The notes beneath the pieces are model-generated. The model did not search any database. It had not been told where the DNA came from and saw nothing but the letters and a program-made list of their open reading frames with translations. 64,000 bases of DNA, from NCBI GenBank assembly GCA_963775895.1, contig CAVZKL010000017.1, positions 128,001 to 192,000 of the forward strand. Reading direction: 5' to 3'. The position numbers were made by a program, and so were the translations under genes. This DNA comes from Candidatus Bathyarchaeota archaeon (GTDB lineage Archaea; Thermoproteota; Bathyarchaeia; Bathyarchaeales; Bathycorpusculaceae). Position 1 is the first letter of the stretch; each line of letters begins with the position of its first letter. Below are positions 40,970 through 51,922 of this stretch, piece by piece.

Positions 40970-41932
40970 GTGGCACCTGTAATTCGCATGCAAAACCTGA
41001 CAAAAAAATACGAAAAAGTAACAGCAGTCGATCATCTGACCATGGATGTGGAAGAAGGCGAAATACTTGGGTTGCTGGGGCCTAACGGTGCAGGGAAAAC
41101 CACTGCGATCCTAATGCTTGCCACTGTAATTAGACCTACAGAAGGTACGGCCTTTGTAGGGGGATATGATATACGCAAGCAGCCTGAAAAAGTGCGAGGC
41201 ATGCTAGGCATCGCGTTTCAGGAACCGAAGATGCTGTGGGTTTCTACTCCATGGGACCTGGTCAACTGGCACGCGAAAGTCTGCGGTCTTTCAACTGAAG
41301 AAAGGAAACGGCGGGTCAAAGAGGTGTTAAATGCCGTGGAGATGTGGGACGCGCGACGAAAGAACGTCAGCGAACTTTCGGGTGGCATGCGAAAACGAGT
41401 TGAAATGGCCAAGGTATTGGTTCAAAGACCGAAGATCGCGATAGTGGATGAGCCCACTGCGCAGATCGATATCGTTGGCAAGCACAGAATCTGGAACATG
41501 CTCCTAGAACTTCGAGACGAAGGCTCGACGATCATTTTGGCGACAAATGAGCTTTACGAAGCTGACCAGCTCTCAGATCGCGTTGGAATATTACACAGGG
41601 GAAGACTATTGGTATGTGACACTCCGAAAGAGCTGAAAGACAGTATCGTGGGCGGCGACATAATGGACCTGCAGTTTGAGAAGGACGCACCTCCGGGGAT
41701 AGTTGTTGAACTCAAGACACTCCGAGAGGTCGCTGATATAACACAGCTTAAACCGACTAGCATGCGCATCTACCTGAACAAGGTCGAGGAGATTGTTCCG
41801 CGAATAATGAACCTTTTCGCCAAGAAGAACGTTCAGATCACGTCTGTGAGAATGAGTGAACCTAGTTTGGATGACGTTTTCGCACACTATACAGGTCTCA
41901 CGATTGAAGAGGCACAGAAGGATGAGGAGTGA
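40970..41932 (+). CDS. ABC-2 (DrrA-like) exporter ATP-binding protein
   Basis: GPNGAGKTT, LSGGMRKR, VDEPT, C-terminal EPSLDDVF. Confidence 0.92.
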   Translation: MAPVIRMQNLTKKYEKVTAVDHLTMDVEEGEILGLLGPNGAGKTTAILMLATVIRPTEGTAFVGGYDIRKQPEKVRGMLGIAFQEPKMLWVSTPWDLVNWHAKVCGLSTEERKRRVKEVLNAVEMWDARRKNVSELSGGMRKRVEMAKVLVQRPKIAIVDEPTAQIDIVGKHRIWNMLLELRDEGSTIILATNELYEADQLSDRVGILHRGRLLVCDTPKELKDSIVGGDIMDLQFEKDAPPGIVVELKTLREVADITQLKPTSMRIYLNKVEEIVPRIMNLFAKKNVQITSVRMSEPSLDDVFAHYTGLTIEEAQKDEE

Positions 41933-41948
41933 GAAATAGACGAACAAG

Positions 41949-42716
41949 TTGCTCCTTGTCATTGAAAGGGACGTTCGTCTTTTCTTTCAGTACAAGTTCA
42001 TAATTATTCTGAGAGCTATCTGGTTCGTTGCACAGATTGTCTTGTTCGGATTGATTGCGTCCAACATGATGAACGTGAACGTCGTCAAAGACTACTTCCG
42101 TTACTATGTTGCGGGACTTTCGGTAATGACATTGTATTCCGCAGCAATATTCATCGGCTTCGACATCTATGAAGAAGCTGAACACGGCGTTTTTGAGTAC
42201 TTACTCAGTCTGCCGGTTTCTAGAAGACAGCTCGTTCTCGGCAGGTCGATAGGTGGAGGATTGAGGTCATTCATATACGTAGGACCGCTAATCGCCATTT
42301 CACTTTACGTCATAGGATCACTTAATCCACTTCAGTTCCTCGTTTCATTACTTGCGTTGTTTCTGTTTTCATTTGGCGTCTCCGGATTTAGCATAACGTT
42401 GGCAGTCATGATAAAATCAAGTGACAGATTCGACATACTAATGGGAGTATTAGACGCGTTGATCGTTCGTCTTAGCACAGCTATGTATCCTTTGGTAATT
42501 GTAATGAAAGCCAACCCTGCTTACGGTGAATTGGCCACGTTTAATCCCGTGACCTTCGCAGCAGACCTATTCCGTTGGGGAACAGGCCTAGAAAGCATAA
42601 TAACGATCAGCAACCCGCTGTTATCCTTGTTGGGCGTTGTTATTTTCTTCGGTCTATTCACCTATTTCGGCGTCGTGATCTATGAGAGACGTATTGAAGG
42701 CGGTGGATGGCGATGA
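41949..42716 (+). CDS. ABC-2 type permease
   Basis: About six TMs, LLSLPVSR, NPVTFA. Confidence 0.88.
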   Translation: MLLVIERDVRLFFQYKFIIILRAIWFVAQIVLFGLIASNMMNVNVVKDYFRYYVAGLSVMTLYSAAIFIGFDIYEEAEHGVFEYLLSLPVSRRQLVLGRSIGGGLRSFIYVGPLIAISLYVIGSLNPLQFLVSLLALFLFSFGVSGFSITLAVMIKSSDRFDILMGVLDALIVRLSTAMYPLVIVMKANPAYGELATFNPVTFAADLFRWGTGLESIITISNPLLSLLGVVIFFGLFTYFGVVIYERRIEGGGWR

Positions 42717-43495
42717 AGAAAGGAATCCTCCACATCGTTGAGCATGATCTGACGAACTTTTTCCGCTACAAGTGGTGGCTGGCAGGATTAATCGCCATGA
42801 ACCTTGCTGACTTATTCATAATGGCAATAGTTTACAACAATATGCTCAAACCAGACATAACAACGGAAATCAAGAGCTACTTCGACTTCTTTGCTCCAGG
42901 CTTAGCAGTGACAGGTTTGTTTGCATCGGCGTTTATGATTGGACGTGAAGTCAATGTTGAGAGACGAAGAGAAATTCACCATTACATGTTGAGCCTGCCG
43001 ATGTCACGAATAGAACTGGCGGTCGGACGAGTGATCTCGGGAGGCGTACGAGGATTGATCTACATGACCCCCTTGCTTCTGACTTGTTTTGTGTTTCTGG
43101 GGTTTCCATCATTGCCTCAGTTGCTTCTTATTTTGGCAATGCTCTTCCTTTTGGCGATGGGAATTTCGGGATTGAGTATATCAATCGCGGTGTCAACAGG
43201 AAGCTTTGAGAAATTCGTTACGGCGAGAGGCTTGGTATACTATACACTTTTCTTTTGTAGTAGCGTTTTCTACCCTCTGTCGGTCATTCAAAACCTAGGC
43301 CAGACTGGACAGTTTCCAAGTATTCTCGTGAGCTTTGCTGAAGTGAATCCTCTGAGCAGCGGTTCCGACATGATCCGCAATTTCTTGCTCGGCTATCCAG
43401 ATTTCTCGCAATACTGGATGGTCTCAGCTCTGATTTTTGCTGCAATATTCACCGGCTGTGCCATAGTCGCTTATATAAAAATCCTTGCGAGATAG
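42707..43495 (+). CDS. ABC-2 type permease
   Basis: FFAPG, LSLPMSR, SSVFYP, NPLS. Confidence 0.88.
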   Translation: MAMKKGILHIVEHDLTNFFRYKWWLAGLIAMNLADLFIMAIVYNNMLKPDITTEIKSYFDFFAPGLAVTGLFASAFMIGREVNVERRREIHHYMLSLPMSRIELAVGRVISGGVRGLIYMTPLLLTCFVFLGFPSLPQLLLILAMLFLLAMGISGLSISIAVSTGSFEKFVTARGLVYYTLFFCSSVFYPLSVIQNLGQTGQFPSILVSFAEVNPLSSGSDMIRNFLLGYPDFSQYWMVSALIFAAIFTGCAIVAYIKILAR

Positions 43496-43624
43496 AGTGT
43501 CGACTTTGACTTAGTCAAGTTAACGTGCACTTGATCCCGTGTTTTGACGACCACGTTGGCAAGCATCAACTATATCTGCATAAACCACAGAATCTATTGT
43601 TTGTCGTTATTGCCAGGTGAAAGA

Positions 43625-45327
43625 TTGAGGACGGGCGTCGAACCTCGAGAGGCAGGATTAATTCGTGAAGTCATGAGTTTCTGCAGTCATGCTGCCAAAC
43701 CCTGCCAGATCGTTGCTGCTTTGATCAGAAGTGACTATGCATCGATATACCCGACGGCTCGAACGGTCATGCAAGTTCTAGCCGTGATCCGAGATTTTCA
43801 ACCAAGACTAATGAACTACGTGAAGGTCATTGGAGGAGTGAACGTTTCAGTCTTGGGAGTAGACCAATGGGTCTTTGAAAGAGACATTGACAGGGGATTC
43901 CTAGGAGAAGCCTTGGCTGGCGCTCTAGTTTTTCCTTATTCCACATTGATGAATGAAGGCTATTTTCGCCTGGAGGAGAAAAAACTAAAGAAACGGCTGA
44001 TAACGGAACTTCTCGAGAGTCTTATTCTTGATTTCCCTGAACTATCATATGATCTGCGCATCAAGCCCGAGTACTTCATGTACGAAACGATGCTTACGAG
44101 AGGGCGACTATTTCCTCCAACGTTGTACGCGCTTGCGGACTTGATGACTGACAGGCCGAGAAGATATCGAGTGTTCCCTGCGTGGTTTTCTTGAAGCCGA
44201 CGAAAGAACTCGAACAGAATGGAATACTCTACAAAACCGATGGTTATTTGAGAATCTCTAAAGAGTTTGTTGACCGTGTCCGTGCGCGAAAAATGCGATT
44301 CATGGACCTCTTCAGAACAGGACAAAGAGCTTTGTTTACGGCTGCGCTGGGGCTTTTCCCGCAGATCTTTGATGCTATGTCCCGTAATCGCAACGAGTTT
44401 CTGAAACTCCAGAAGGCTTTCTTGGACGAATCTAAGATCATGCAGAGCATCGAGGATCCAGAGAACTATGTGTATGTTCCCACATCGAGCGGGCTCGTCT
44501 CCCTTGCAAATAGAATGGACATTGAAGCATATGCAAGAAAAGAATTATCCACTGACAAAGATGCTCAGATCAAAATCAAGAGCATCGGAGGCATTCTGAA
44601 CGACGTTTATTCGGTCGAGTTGCTAACGAAGGATCGCCATAGAAAGGTGATAGTGAAGAGATTTAGGGAGTGGGCAAATTTCAAGTGGTTCCCGCTTACA
44701 CTATGGTCAGCTGGAACAAGAACATTCGCCATGGCGGGAATATCGAGATTGGAGAAAGAATGGGCTATTAACCGTCTGCTCGATTCTCACGGTTTTGCCG
44801 TTCCGAAATTGCTGCATATCAGCCCTGCAGAACGTCTTGTGGTCATGGAGTATGTCGAGGGCGAAAACCTGAGCAAAGTTGTCAGACGCGTTATGAGTGC
44901 AAGAAATGACGAGGATCTTAAGGTTGACTTCGAGATTATAAGGAGAGTCGGTGGAACGTTTGCTCGTGTTCATTCTTTGAACGTTGCTCTGGGAGACACA
45001 AAACCAGAGAATGTGCTGGTGGGAAAGAACGGTGAAATTTGCCTGATGGATTTCGAACAGTCTAGCCGAAACGGTGATTTGGTATGGGATATCGCAGAGT
45101 TCATGTACTACTCTGGGCATTATGTGTCTCCGCTTCTTGACACAACGAAGATTCAAATGTTCGGTGAGACTTTCGTGAGAGGCTATTTGGAATCGGGTGG
45201 AAAAGCCAACATCGTCAGAAGTGCGGGTAGCCCCAAGTACACGAAGGTTTTCAGTGTTTTTACGTTTCCACACGTCATGTTCGTTCTTTCCAATATTTGC
45301 AGAAAAGCGAAGGAGTTGAAGGCGTAG
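43625..45327 (+). CDS. Atypical protein kinase (Bud32/RIO/KDO-like) with N-terminal nucleotidyltransferase-like domain; apparent frameshift near 44170
   Basis: VIVKRF, VPKLL, VMEYVEG, H..NVALGDTKPEN, MDFEQ, WDIAE; the upstream ORF (AGGTGA RBS, TTG at 43625) joins by frameshift. Confidence 0.75.
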
Positions 45328-45329
45328 CG

Positions 45330-46668
45330 ATGGTACAGCTTGAGACACGTCTGACTTTCTACGGTGGCGTGAATGAAATTGGTGGAAACAAAATACTCCT
45401 GAAAGACGGCGATACCAAGATCTTCTTCGATTTTGGCATGTCATTCGGAATGAAAAGACTGTTCTACTCGCCTCCCTTTCTTTCGCCGAAGAGCGAAAAA
45501 AGTCTTCAGGAATTCGGCATTCTACCAAGACTGGACGGGGTTTACAGATTTGATGAGAAACAACCAGATGTTGATGCGATCTTCATCTCTCACGGGCATT
45601 TGGACCATTGTGCCTACCTCTCCTTTGTAAAACGCGAAATTCCAATATATTGCGGCCAAACTACCAACATCATTCTCCAGTCATTGGGAGACATAAGACG
45701 GACGGACCTAGAATTCGACGTGCGAGGGCTGAATTTCAACACATTCAGAACTGGAGAAAAAATACGCTGCGGCAATTTGGAAATCGAGCCAATTCACGTA
45801 GACCACTCAGTTCCCGGCGCGTATGGTTTTGTCGTCCATACTTCGAATGGATCGCTGGCTTACACGGGCGACTTCAGGCATCACGGCGCAAAAAGCGAAA
45901 TGACTGATGATTTCACTGAGAAAGCATGTGAATCCGAGGTCAGGACGATTATTACTGAAGCTACGAACATGACAGGCGCTTCAGTGTCTACTGAACGCGA
46001 GGTAGAAAGCAAACTGGACGCCGTCGTTAGTAATTCAAAAGGGATTGTGCTTGCGGAGTTTGCTTACGCAGATGTTGATCGCTTCAACAGTTTCCTCCAC
46101 GTAGCCAAAAAAAACAACCGATGTCTCGCGATTTCCCTCAGGCAAGCCTATCTGCTGGAAGCACTTCGTGCTGACAAGGGCCTGCGGCTTCCGAACATTA
46201 ATGATGAGAGCATCTTGATTTTTCGAAAGTCGAAGACCAGCAGTTACAAATGGGAAAAACAGTTGGCTGATCGATACGCTGACAAGGTAAAAGGGGCGTT
46301 CGAACTCTCGAAGCAACAGGGCAATGTCATCTTGGCAATGTCTTTCTATGATCTTGAAGAGCTTGTTGAGATCCGACCGAACGCCGGGAAGCTGTTATGT
46401 ACTGTCCGCGTCCGAACCGTTCAATGAGGAAATGGAGATAGACTTCGAAAGATTGGTGAACTGGCTCGACCATTATGGACTTCCGCAGTATCACGTGCAC
46501 GTTTCAGGACACATAATGCCCCTGCAGTTAAGGTCGGCTATTGAAAAAATCAATGCAAAAACTGTTTTTCCTGTTCACACTGAGAACGCGCAATTGTTCA
46601 ATAGGTTCATGCAGGATTCAAAGAGGAAAGTGATCTTGACTGAGAAAGAAAAGGAATACAGGCTCTAG
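45330..46668 (+). CDS. Metallo-beta-lactamase fold hydrolase, RNase J-like; apparent frameshift near 46385
   Basis: GGVNEIGGN, DFG, SHGHLDH, VDHSVPG, YTGDFR, HVSGH, PVHTE. Confidence 0.88.
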
Positions 46669-46755
46669 CCTATCAGAAGTGATTGCTCCGAGAGTCGAGT
46701 TGATGGACAAAGGGTTTTATGGCTAGAAGAGCACAATATAACAAGAGTTGATAGA

Positions 46756-46995
46756 ATGCCGATGGCGTTTGTTCTCATCAACACTGAACTAGGAACTGAA
46801 ATGGACGTTCTGAAAAACGTGAGAAAAGTGAAGGGGGTCGAAGAAGCTTTCGCTGTCTATGGAACTTATGACATAGTCGTTCGTGTCAAGGCGGACACGA
46901 TGGAACGCCTCAAAGAAACCGTGTCAGCTCAAGTTAGAAAGGTTAACAATGTTAGAGCCACTTTGACGCTGATGTCTTCAGAGGATTCAAAGTAG
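46756..46995 (+). CDS. Stand-alone Lrp/AsnC ligand-binding domain protein
   Basis: AFVLIN, VYGTYDIVVRV, VRATLTL. Confidence 0.9.
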   Translation: MPMAFVLINTELGTEMDVLKNVRKVKGVEEAFAVYGTYDIVVRVKADTMERLKETVSAQVRKVNNVRATLTLMSSEDSK

Positions 46996-47049
46996 CATCC
47001 AAATCCCATTTTTTGTCCTTTTGAAGGAAATATCTGTTAGAAGCGTCAT

Positions 47050-48241
47050 TCAATTTGAATAGACTCCGAAACGCCACGATTCTTCTTTCTCGTAAAGGCT
47101 CCTGAGCACATCAGTGGCTATTTGTCTATCGACTGTGAGAAGCAGTTTTGCGATGTGCTTGCACAGCCTTTTCGTTGAATTGATCTTCTTCCAATCAGCG
47201 CAGTCGTGAAGCATGAGATTTGTCTCCCATGTCTATTGTTATATGGTATTCTTTCAACGTCGCTTCGATCAGGTCCTGGGTTTGTTTCGTCACTCGTAAC
47301 TCGATGTCTTCGATTTGTTCCGCTCGTTTCAACCGTTCTGGCGAAACAAAGTGGGCAATCAGGCTAGTGAAATCCATGTTTCTCGGAGGAACAAAAGCTT
47401 CGAGCGTGGAGCATGTCTGTTCCTCTTGCTTTTTGCGATAGTCTTCCAATCTCCTCTTTGCGTCCACTTGCTTCGGTTCGATCACTCCGAGAATCTCCAT
47501 TATTTGCAGGCAGTTTTCAACGGCGTAACCGTGATAATGGTTGTTGAAGTAGCCATAGACCTTGTCAACTTTGTTTGCAACTTCGTTGACTTTTGGGGCC
47601 CACGGCTGTAATTCCTCTACACTGTACAGGTAGTTGTACCATGGTCCATTGCCGTGTCCGTGCCATCTAAAATAGGCAATGTTGGACGTGACGTGAATTT
47701 CTGGGGGAAGCAGTGGTTCGTCGACTATCGCGTAGGCCACCCTGTATTTTTCAAGAAGCGCCCACGTCTCGTTCTTCAGCCACGAAGGGTGACGAAACTC
47801 AACCGCAAATCTGATGTGGGTTGGGAGGAGCTTGAAGAAGTCTTCCATTTGTTTGGGTCTGTAGTCGAATCTTGGAGGAAGCTGGATCAGTATACAGCCT
47901 AGTTTCCCGCTTAGAAAGAGAGGCTCCATCAGTTCCGTGAACTTCTCCAAATCCTTTTCTATTCCCTCTGCTAGATTCAGCTTTTTTTCATGAGTGATCA
48001 GCCCAGGCAGTTTTGCCGTGTACACGAAACTCTCAGGTGAGTACCGGGCCCAACCCATGACTGTACCCTTGTTTGGATAGCGGTAGAAAGTGGAGTCTAT
48101 CTCAACGCTTTTGAAAACGTTTGAATACGCTCTGAGCATACTTTTGTCCGACTTTGAATAGAATGGACCTATCCACTCTTTGTAGCTCCAGCCAGAAGTT
48201 CCCAGAAGTACCTTGTCGGAAGCTTTAATCACTTTAATCAC
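47050..48241 (-). CDS. DUF72 protein with C-terminal SWIM-like zinc finger; apparent frameshift near 47222
   Basis: LGTSGWSY.EW, VEIDSTFY, QLPP, EFRHPSW, YFRWHG, YFNNH; the shifted frame gives LMLHDCADW..RLCKHIAKLL...YSN*. Confidence 0.8.
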
Positions 48242-49174
48242 TCTATTATTGATTTCATTTTTTCTGCGACTTCTGATAGAGCTATCGTAGGTTCCTTCGG
48301 GGATTTTCCTCAAACATTCCGCCACATGAATTCTCTCAGTCTTGCTCAGATCGAATAGTTTCCATCCTTGACTGTGTATTAGCTGCTGTTTCGTCGCAGG
48401 GAAGCATGCGTCTTCTCTTAGCACCTCTTCTAATGAGGCGATTCCAGTTGAATTTGTTATCGATGGGAACTTGCCAGTTTGTTTGTAGGACTTCAACCTG
48501 ACAGCGTCTTTGTACATTCTTACAAAGTGAAAGCTCATGACTATCTTCTTGGATCTGCTACTGGTCGCCTTTCTATCTATTTCTACTAATTCCCCGTCAG
48601 TTGGTTGGTAAACGTTGTGTTCACCCTTGCCGAACAGCCTTGTGTACAGTACGTCTGAATCGTAAGCTGGGGTCTCGCCTTTCGAAAGGTCAACCGAGTG
48701 AATGATGTTAAAGTCCTGCATCACCTTGAGAAGTCCGCTAGGCAGATCGGCGCTTGGAGTTCTTCTGATTTCGAGCGCCAGTCTCAGACTTCCCAGATTC
48801 AGCGAACGCAGGGTTTGGCGAACGTTTTCAATCGTTGTTTCATTTAGTTCAAATGCTGGAGGTGCTTGAAGATGAAGGATTTCAGCGTTCAGCACATTGC
48901 AAATCCGTTTCATCTTCTCAAAGGATTCGAAAACCTCCTTTTCAGGCTTGAGTCTGTGCTTATGCGTAATCGATCTGTGTGCTCTGACCGAAAATTGAAA
49001 GTCGGTGAGTACCATTTTTCGCCAGCTCTCTGCTTCAGCAAGAGGAGGGATTTGATAGAAGGTCGAGTTGACCTCCACAAAATTGAAAACTTTCGAATAC
49101 GCTACTAACGACTTTAATTTCGGAACTTGAAAGTACGCCCACCCGCCAGCTCCAATGAGGTATTCTGTCAACAA
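48238..49174 (-). CDS. DUF72 protein with C-terminal DUF2795-like domain; joined to the next gene in the ORF track by a probable one-base indel near 48280
   Basis: IGAGGWAY, VEVNSTFY, LEIR, YTRLFGKG; C-terminal FPATKQQLI..IPEGTY; the shifted frame ends LSEVAEKMKSIIE* with a GTGA overlap. Confidence 0.75.
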
Positions 49175-49322
49175 ACGTCTCCTTGTAATTATAGTTCATT
49201 GACAGTCTCAAAAACCTTGGGATTGGGCGATCGCGGTGAGTGTTTAGCCTTGATACTGATCTCGGATTATTATGCGATGTAGAGTGCGATGATTCAGAAT
49301 GTATAATTGGTAGTATGGACTC

Positions 49323-49580
49323 ATGCTACTCACGATAGCGATGACGACGACTACGCGACAGGATCGCCGAACGCAGGTGCTTTTTCACACTCTTGGTCTC
49401 AGTTGTATAGGCGGCGCAATATTTCTGCAGATTTTGGTTTTCACTGACATACTCACTAATGGCTATTTTATGGCGGTGGAACACAACTTCGTAATTTTGA
49501 CTTTTGAAGTGCTTCTGACGGTCTTCTCGTTCATCTATTTTATTTATATGTATCAGCGCTTCATTCGGTCCATAAGATAA
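49323..49580 (+). CDS. Small two-TM membrane protein
   Basis: Two hydrophobic helices and a basic C-terminus. Confidence 0.6.
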   Translation: MLLTIAMTTTTRQDRRTQVLFHTLGLSCIGGAIFLQILVFTDILTNGYFMAVEHNFVILTFEVLLTVFSFIYFIYMYQRFIRSIR

Positions 49581-49695
49581 ATCAAAGTGTTGATTCTTTT
49601 TGATGACTGTTTTCAGATTTTGTTACGATCGATGGAAAATGTTAAATAACGTTTCCGCAGAACACGGTCAGTAGTCGCTCTCTGATGGTGAAGTA

Positions 49696-50433
49696 ATGAG
49701 GGCTTTCCGCTTGATTAGACTATTGCTGCTCGTATTGCCTCTGACTTTAGTTTTGCTCAACTCCGCGAGTGTACTTGCCGCGGAGGAGAAAATGAAGAGT
49801 TTTTTCAATTCTGAGATGACTGGAGTCACGATTGGGGTCAAGGCAACGCAACTCGTCGAACCGGGGCAAAGCGTGACTGTAGTTATGACTGTGAATACAA
49901 CTTTCCACGTACATATTGAGCGAATCGGTCTGGAGATATTCGGCTTTGTAAACGGCACGGACCAGCTTTCAATAGGAAACATGTCCGATGGCGACTTTGA
50001 CCTGAACGACACTCTGAAAGAGTACGTTATCACAACCACTGTTCCAAACAATGTGTGGGGTTCCACCTACGGAGAGATAAGATTAACCTACTCAGTCAAC
50101 ATGGGTGGGGCTATACTCCAATTTCCGAATATCATCAACGGTTTTCCATTAACCCCCGTGGAAAACACATTAGTCAAGAGCCTTGAAGAACAGATCAAGA
50201 GCTTGAATGAGAGCTATAGCCAATTGTCCCAAATGTATGCGAACTTGACCAACGCGTTCGTCAACCTGAACCAAAGCTACTGGAATCTACAAGGAAATTA
50301 TACTTCTGCACAAAACAGCCTAGGGGAACTGGACAACACCCGGCGTCTATCGACGATCTTGGCGATAACTACAGTTTTCTTCTTAGCTACAACGGTCTAT
50401 ATCGTAGTGAGAAGACCAAGAGATTACTGGTAA
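49696..50433 (+). CDS. Secreted, C-terminally anchored protein with coiled-coil stalk
   Basis: Signal peptide, beta-rich domain, N-glycosylation sequons in heptads, TM followed by RRP. Confidence 0.75.
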   Translation: MRAFRLIRLLLLVLPLTLVLLNSASVLAAEEKMKSFFNSEMTGVTIGVKATQLVEPGQSVTVVMTVNTTFHVHIERIGLEIFGFVNGTDQLSIGNMSDGDFDLNDTLKEYVITTTVPNNVWGSTYGEIRLTYSVNMGGAILQFPNIINGFPLTPVENTLVKSLEEQIKSLNESYSQLSQMYANLTNAFVNLNQSYWNLQGNYTSAQNSLGELDNTRRLSTILAITTVFFLATTVYIVVRRPRDYW

Positions 50434-50498
50434 ATCGTGCTTTGCAGCAGAACAGTCTAGCACGTTTCAATATTGAAAAATTCGCTTGAATCCGTTCC

Positions 50499-51792
50499 CT
50501 ACTTCTCGTGAAGTTTCTGAGCTGCGACGAAGGCTAGTCCATTTTTCGTGAGAGCTTCCGCGGTTCTGTTCACAGCATCGTGTTTGTCAAGGTAGTTCAA
50601 TAGCAGCTGCGGCATCAGTCCTTCCATCGAGAATATCTTTTTTGGGCCTGAAGTAGTCGAGGATATCCGATGCATGCTTTCTCTTGACTTCGGTTGCTGG
50701 AAGCCCACCTTCATGTTTTGCGCCGATGTTTCTGACATGGTCTGCAAGTTCGAGAAGTTCGCTAGTTCGGTCGTAAGGCTCTCGGACTATGCTCTTGTAC
50801 GCTTCCGTTATGTGATGCTCGATGCGAACTACGTTTTCAAAGTCAAAGAAGTCTCTCACGTAAGCAGCAAGTTCTATCGTCTGATTATTAACGGAGTTGG
50901 AAAGGTTGAAGCCGATAAGGGGCGTCGACCCATCTTCCCTGCTGAAGAGTTTCGCCGTCAATAACGTCCAGAGTATAGAGTACGGGTTGTCAATTCCCAG
51001 AAACACCGATATCTTGAATTCAATGTCGATGCCTAGCTTACGTAGCCAATATCCGAGCAAAACGGTTCCAGCGTTCGTGTTTAGTACTTGCGTGACCCCG
51101 TACTCAGTGTAGTAGTGCAGGAACTCGTCGACCCATTTCAACGAATACTCGTTCGGTGCTCCTACACCTCCGAAGTAGCCTGTTATCGTTTCGGGTCCAC
51201 CCAGGTGAACATTTATTGGTTTGCCATCCGGCCCCGATAGGGTTCCCTTCGTGTCCAAAGTCTGCACGTAAGAAGCTCCGATGATCTGCATTGACGCGGC
51301 GAAAGCAAGAATGTCGCCGTCTTCCACCTGTTCCTTCATTGAGCGTACGCGAATGTACCGACCGGGCATCAGTTCCTGTTTTTTGATGGCTTGCTTCGCT
51401 TCCTCGATGAGCCATGGGAAAAAGTTGAGGGCGCTGATTTCCAGGGTGACGGGAAAAGATTCGTCAAACTTCATCGATTCCGCTTTTTTTCCGAGGATCT
51501 TCTTTCTGTAATCGTGTATACTAATAAAAGCTTCTTTGTCGCGTTGATTGCTGAGCCATTCAAGATCCTTTGTGAATGATGATTTCTTTTTCTTGAGCCT
51601 GTTCATCAGGTTGTCAATCTTGCGAGCGTCTTCGGCTTTCTTGTTAATCTCTTTGACGCCGCCATACTTGTCGATGATTTCGAGCAGTCCGTTAACGAGG
51701 GGATTGTCCTTTTTCAGCAAGAACTTGTTAATTTCATCGAGATTTTGGTGGTCTATGCGTAGTTTGTCCCTAAGGTTAATCAAGATATTCAT
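50499..51792 (-). CDS. Conserved-looking hypothetical protein (about 430 aa); apparent frameshift near 50625
   Basis: Long ORF with enzyme-like Gly/Pro motifs (LMPGRYIRVR, DTKG, HLGGPETITGYFGG, AKHEGG); continues as EGLMPQLLLNYLDKHDAVNRTA in the next frame. Confidence 0.8.
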
Positions 51793-51922
51793 CCTCTCTG
51801 TTGCGATAACCTGTTCACAGCTTATTGTTTATAGTATTTTCGGAAAGAACGAATTCGATTGTTTTTTCGACAAAAATGAACTTAAATAATATAAGACCGA
51901 TGAACGTCTAAGAGGTCGTGGA

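Noticed and set aside
47195-49174. Natural double-DUF72 fusion protein of 659 aa
   Set aside because: Removing one base near 48280 yields a clean stop overlapping a GTG start, so two genes is more parsimonious given the indel rate
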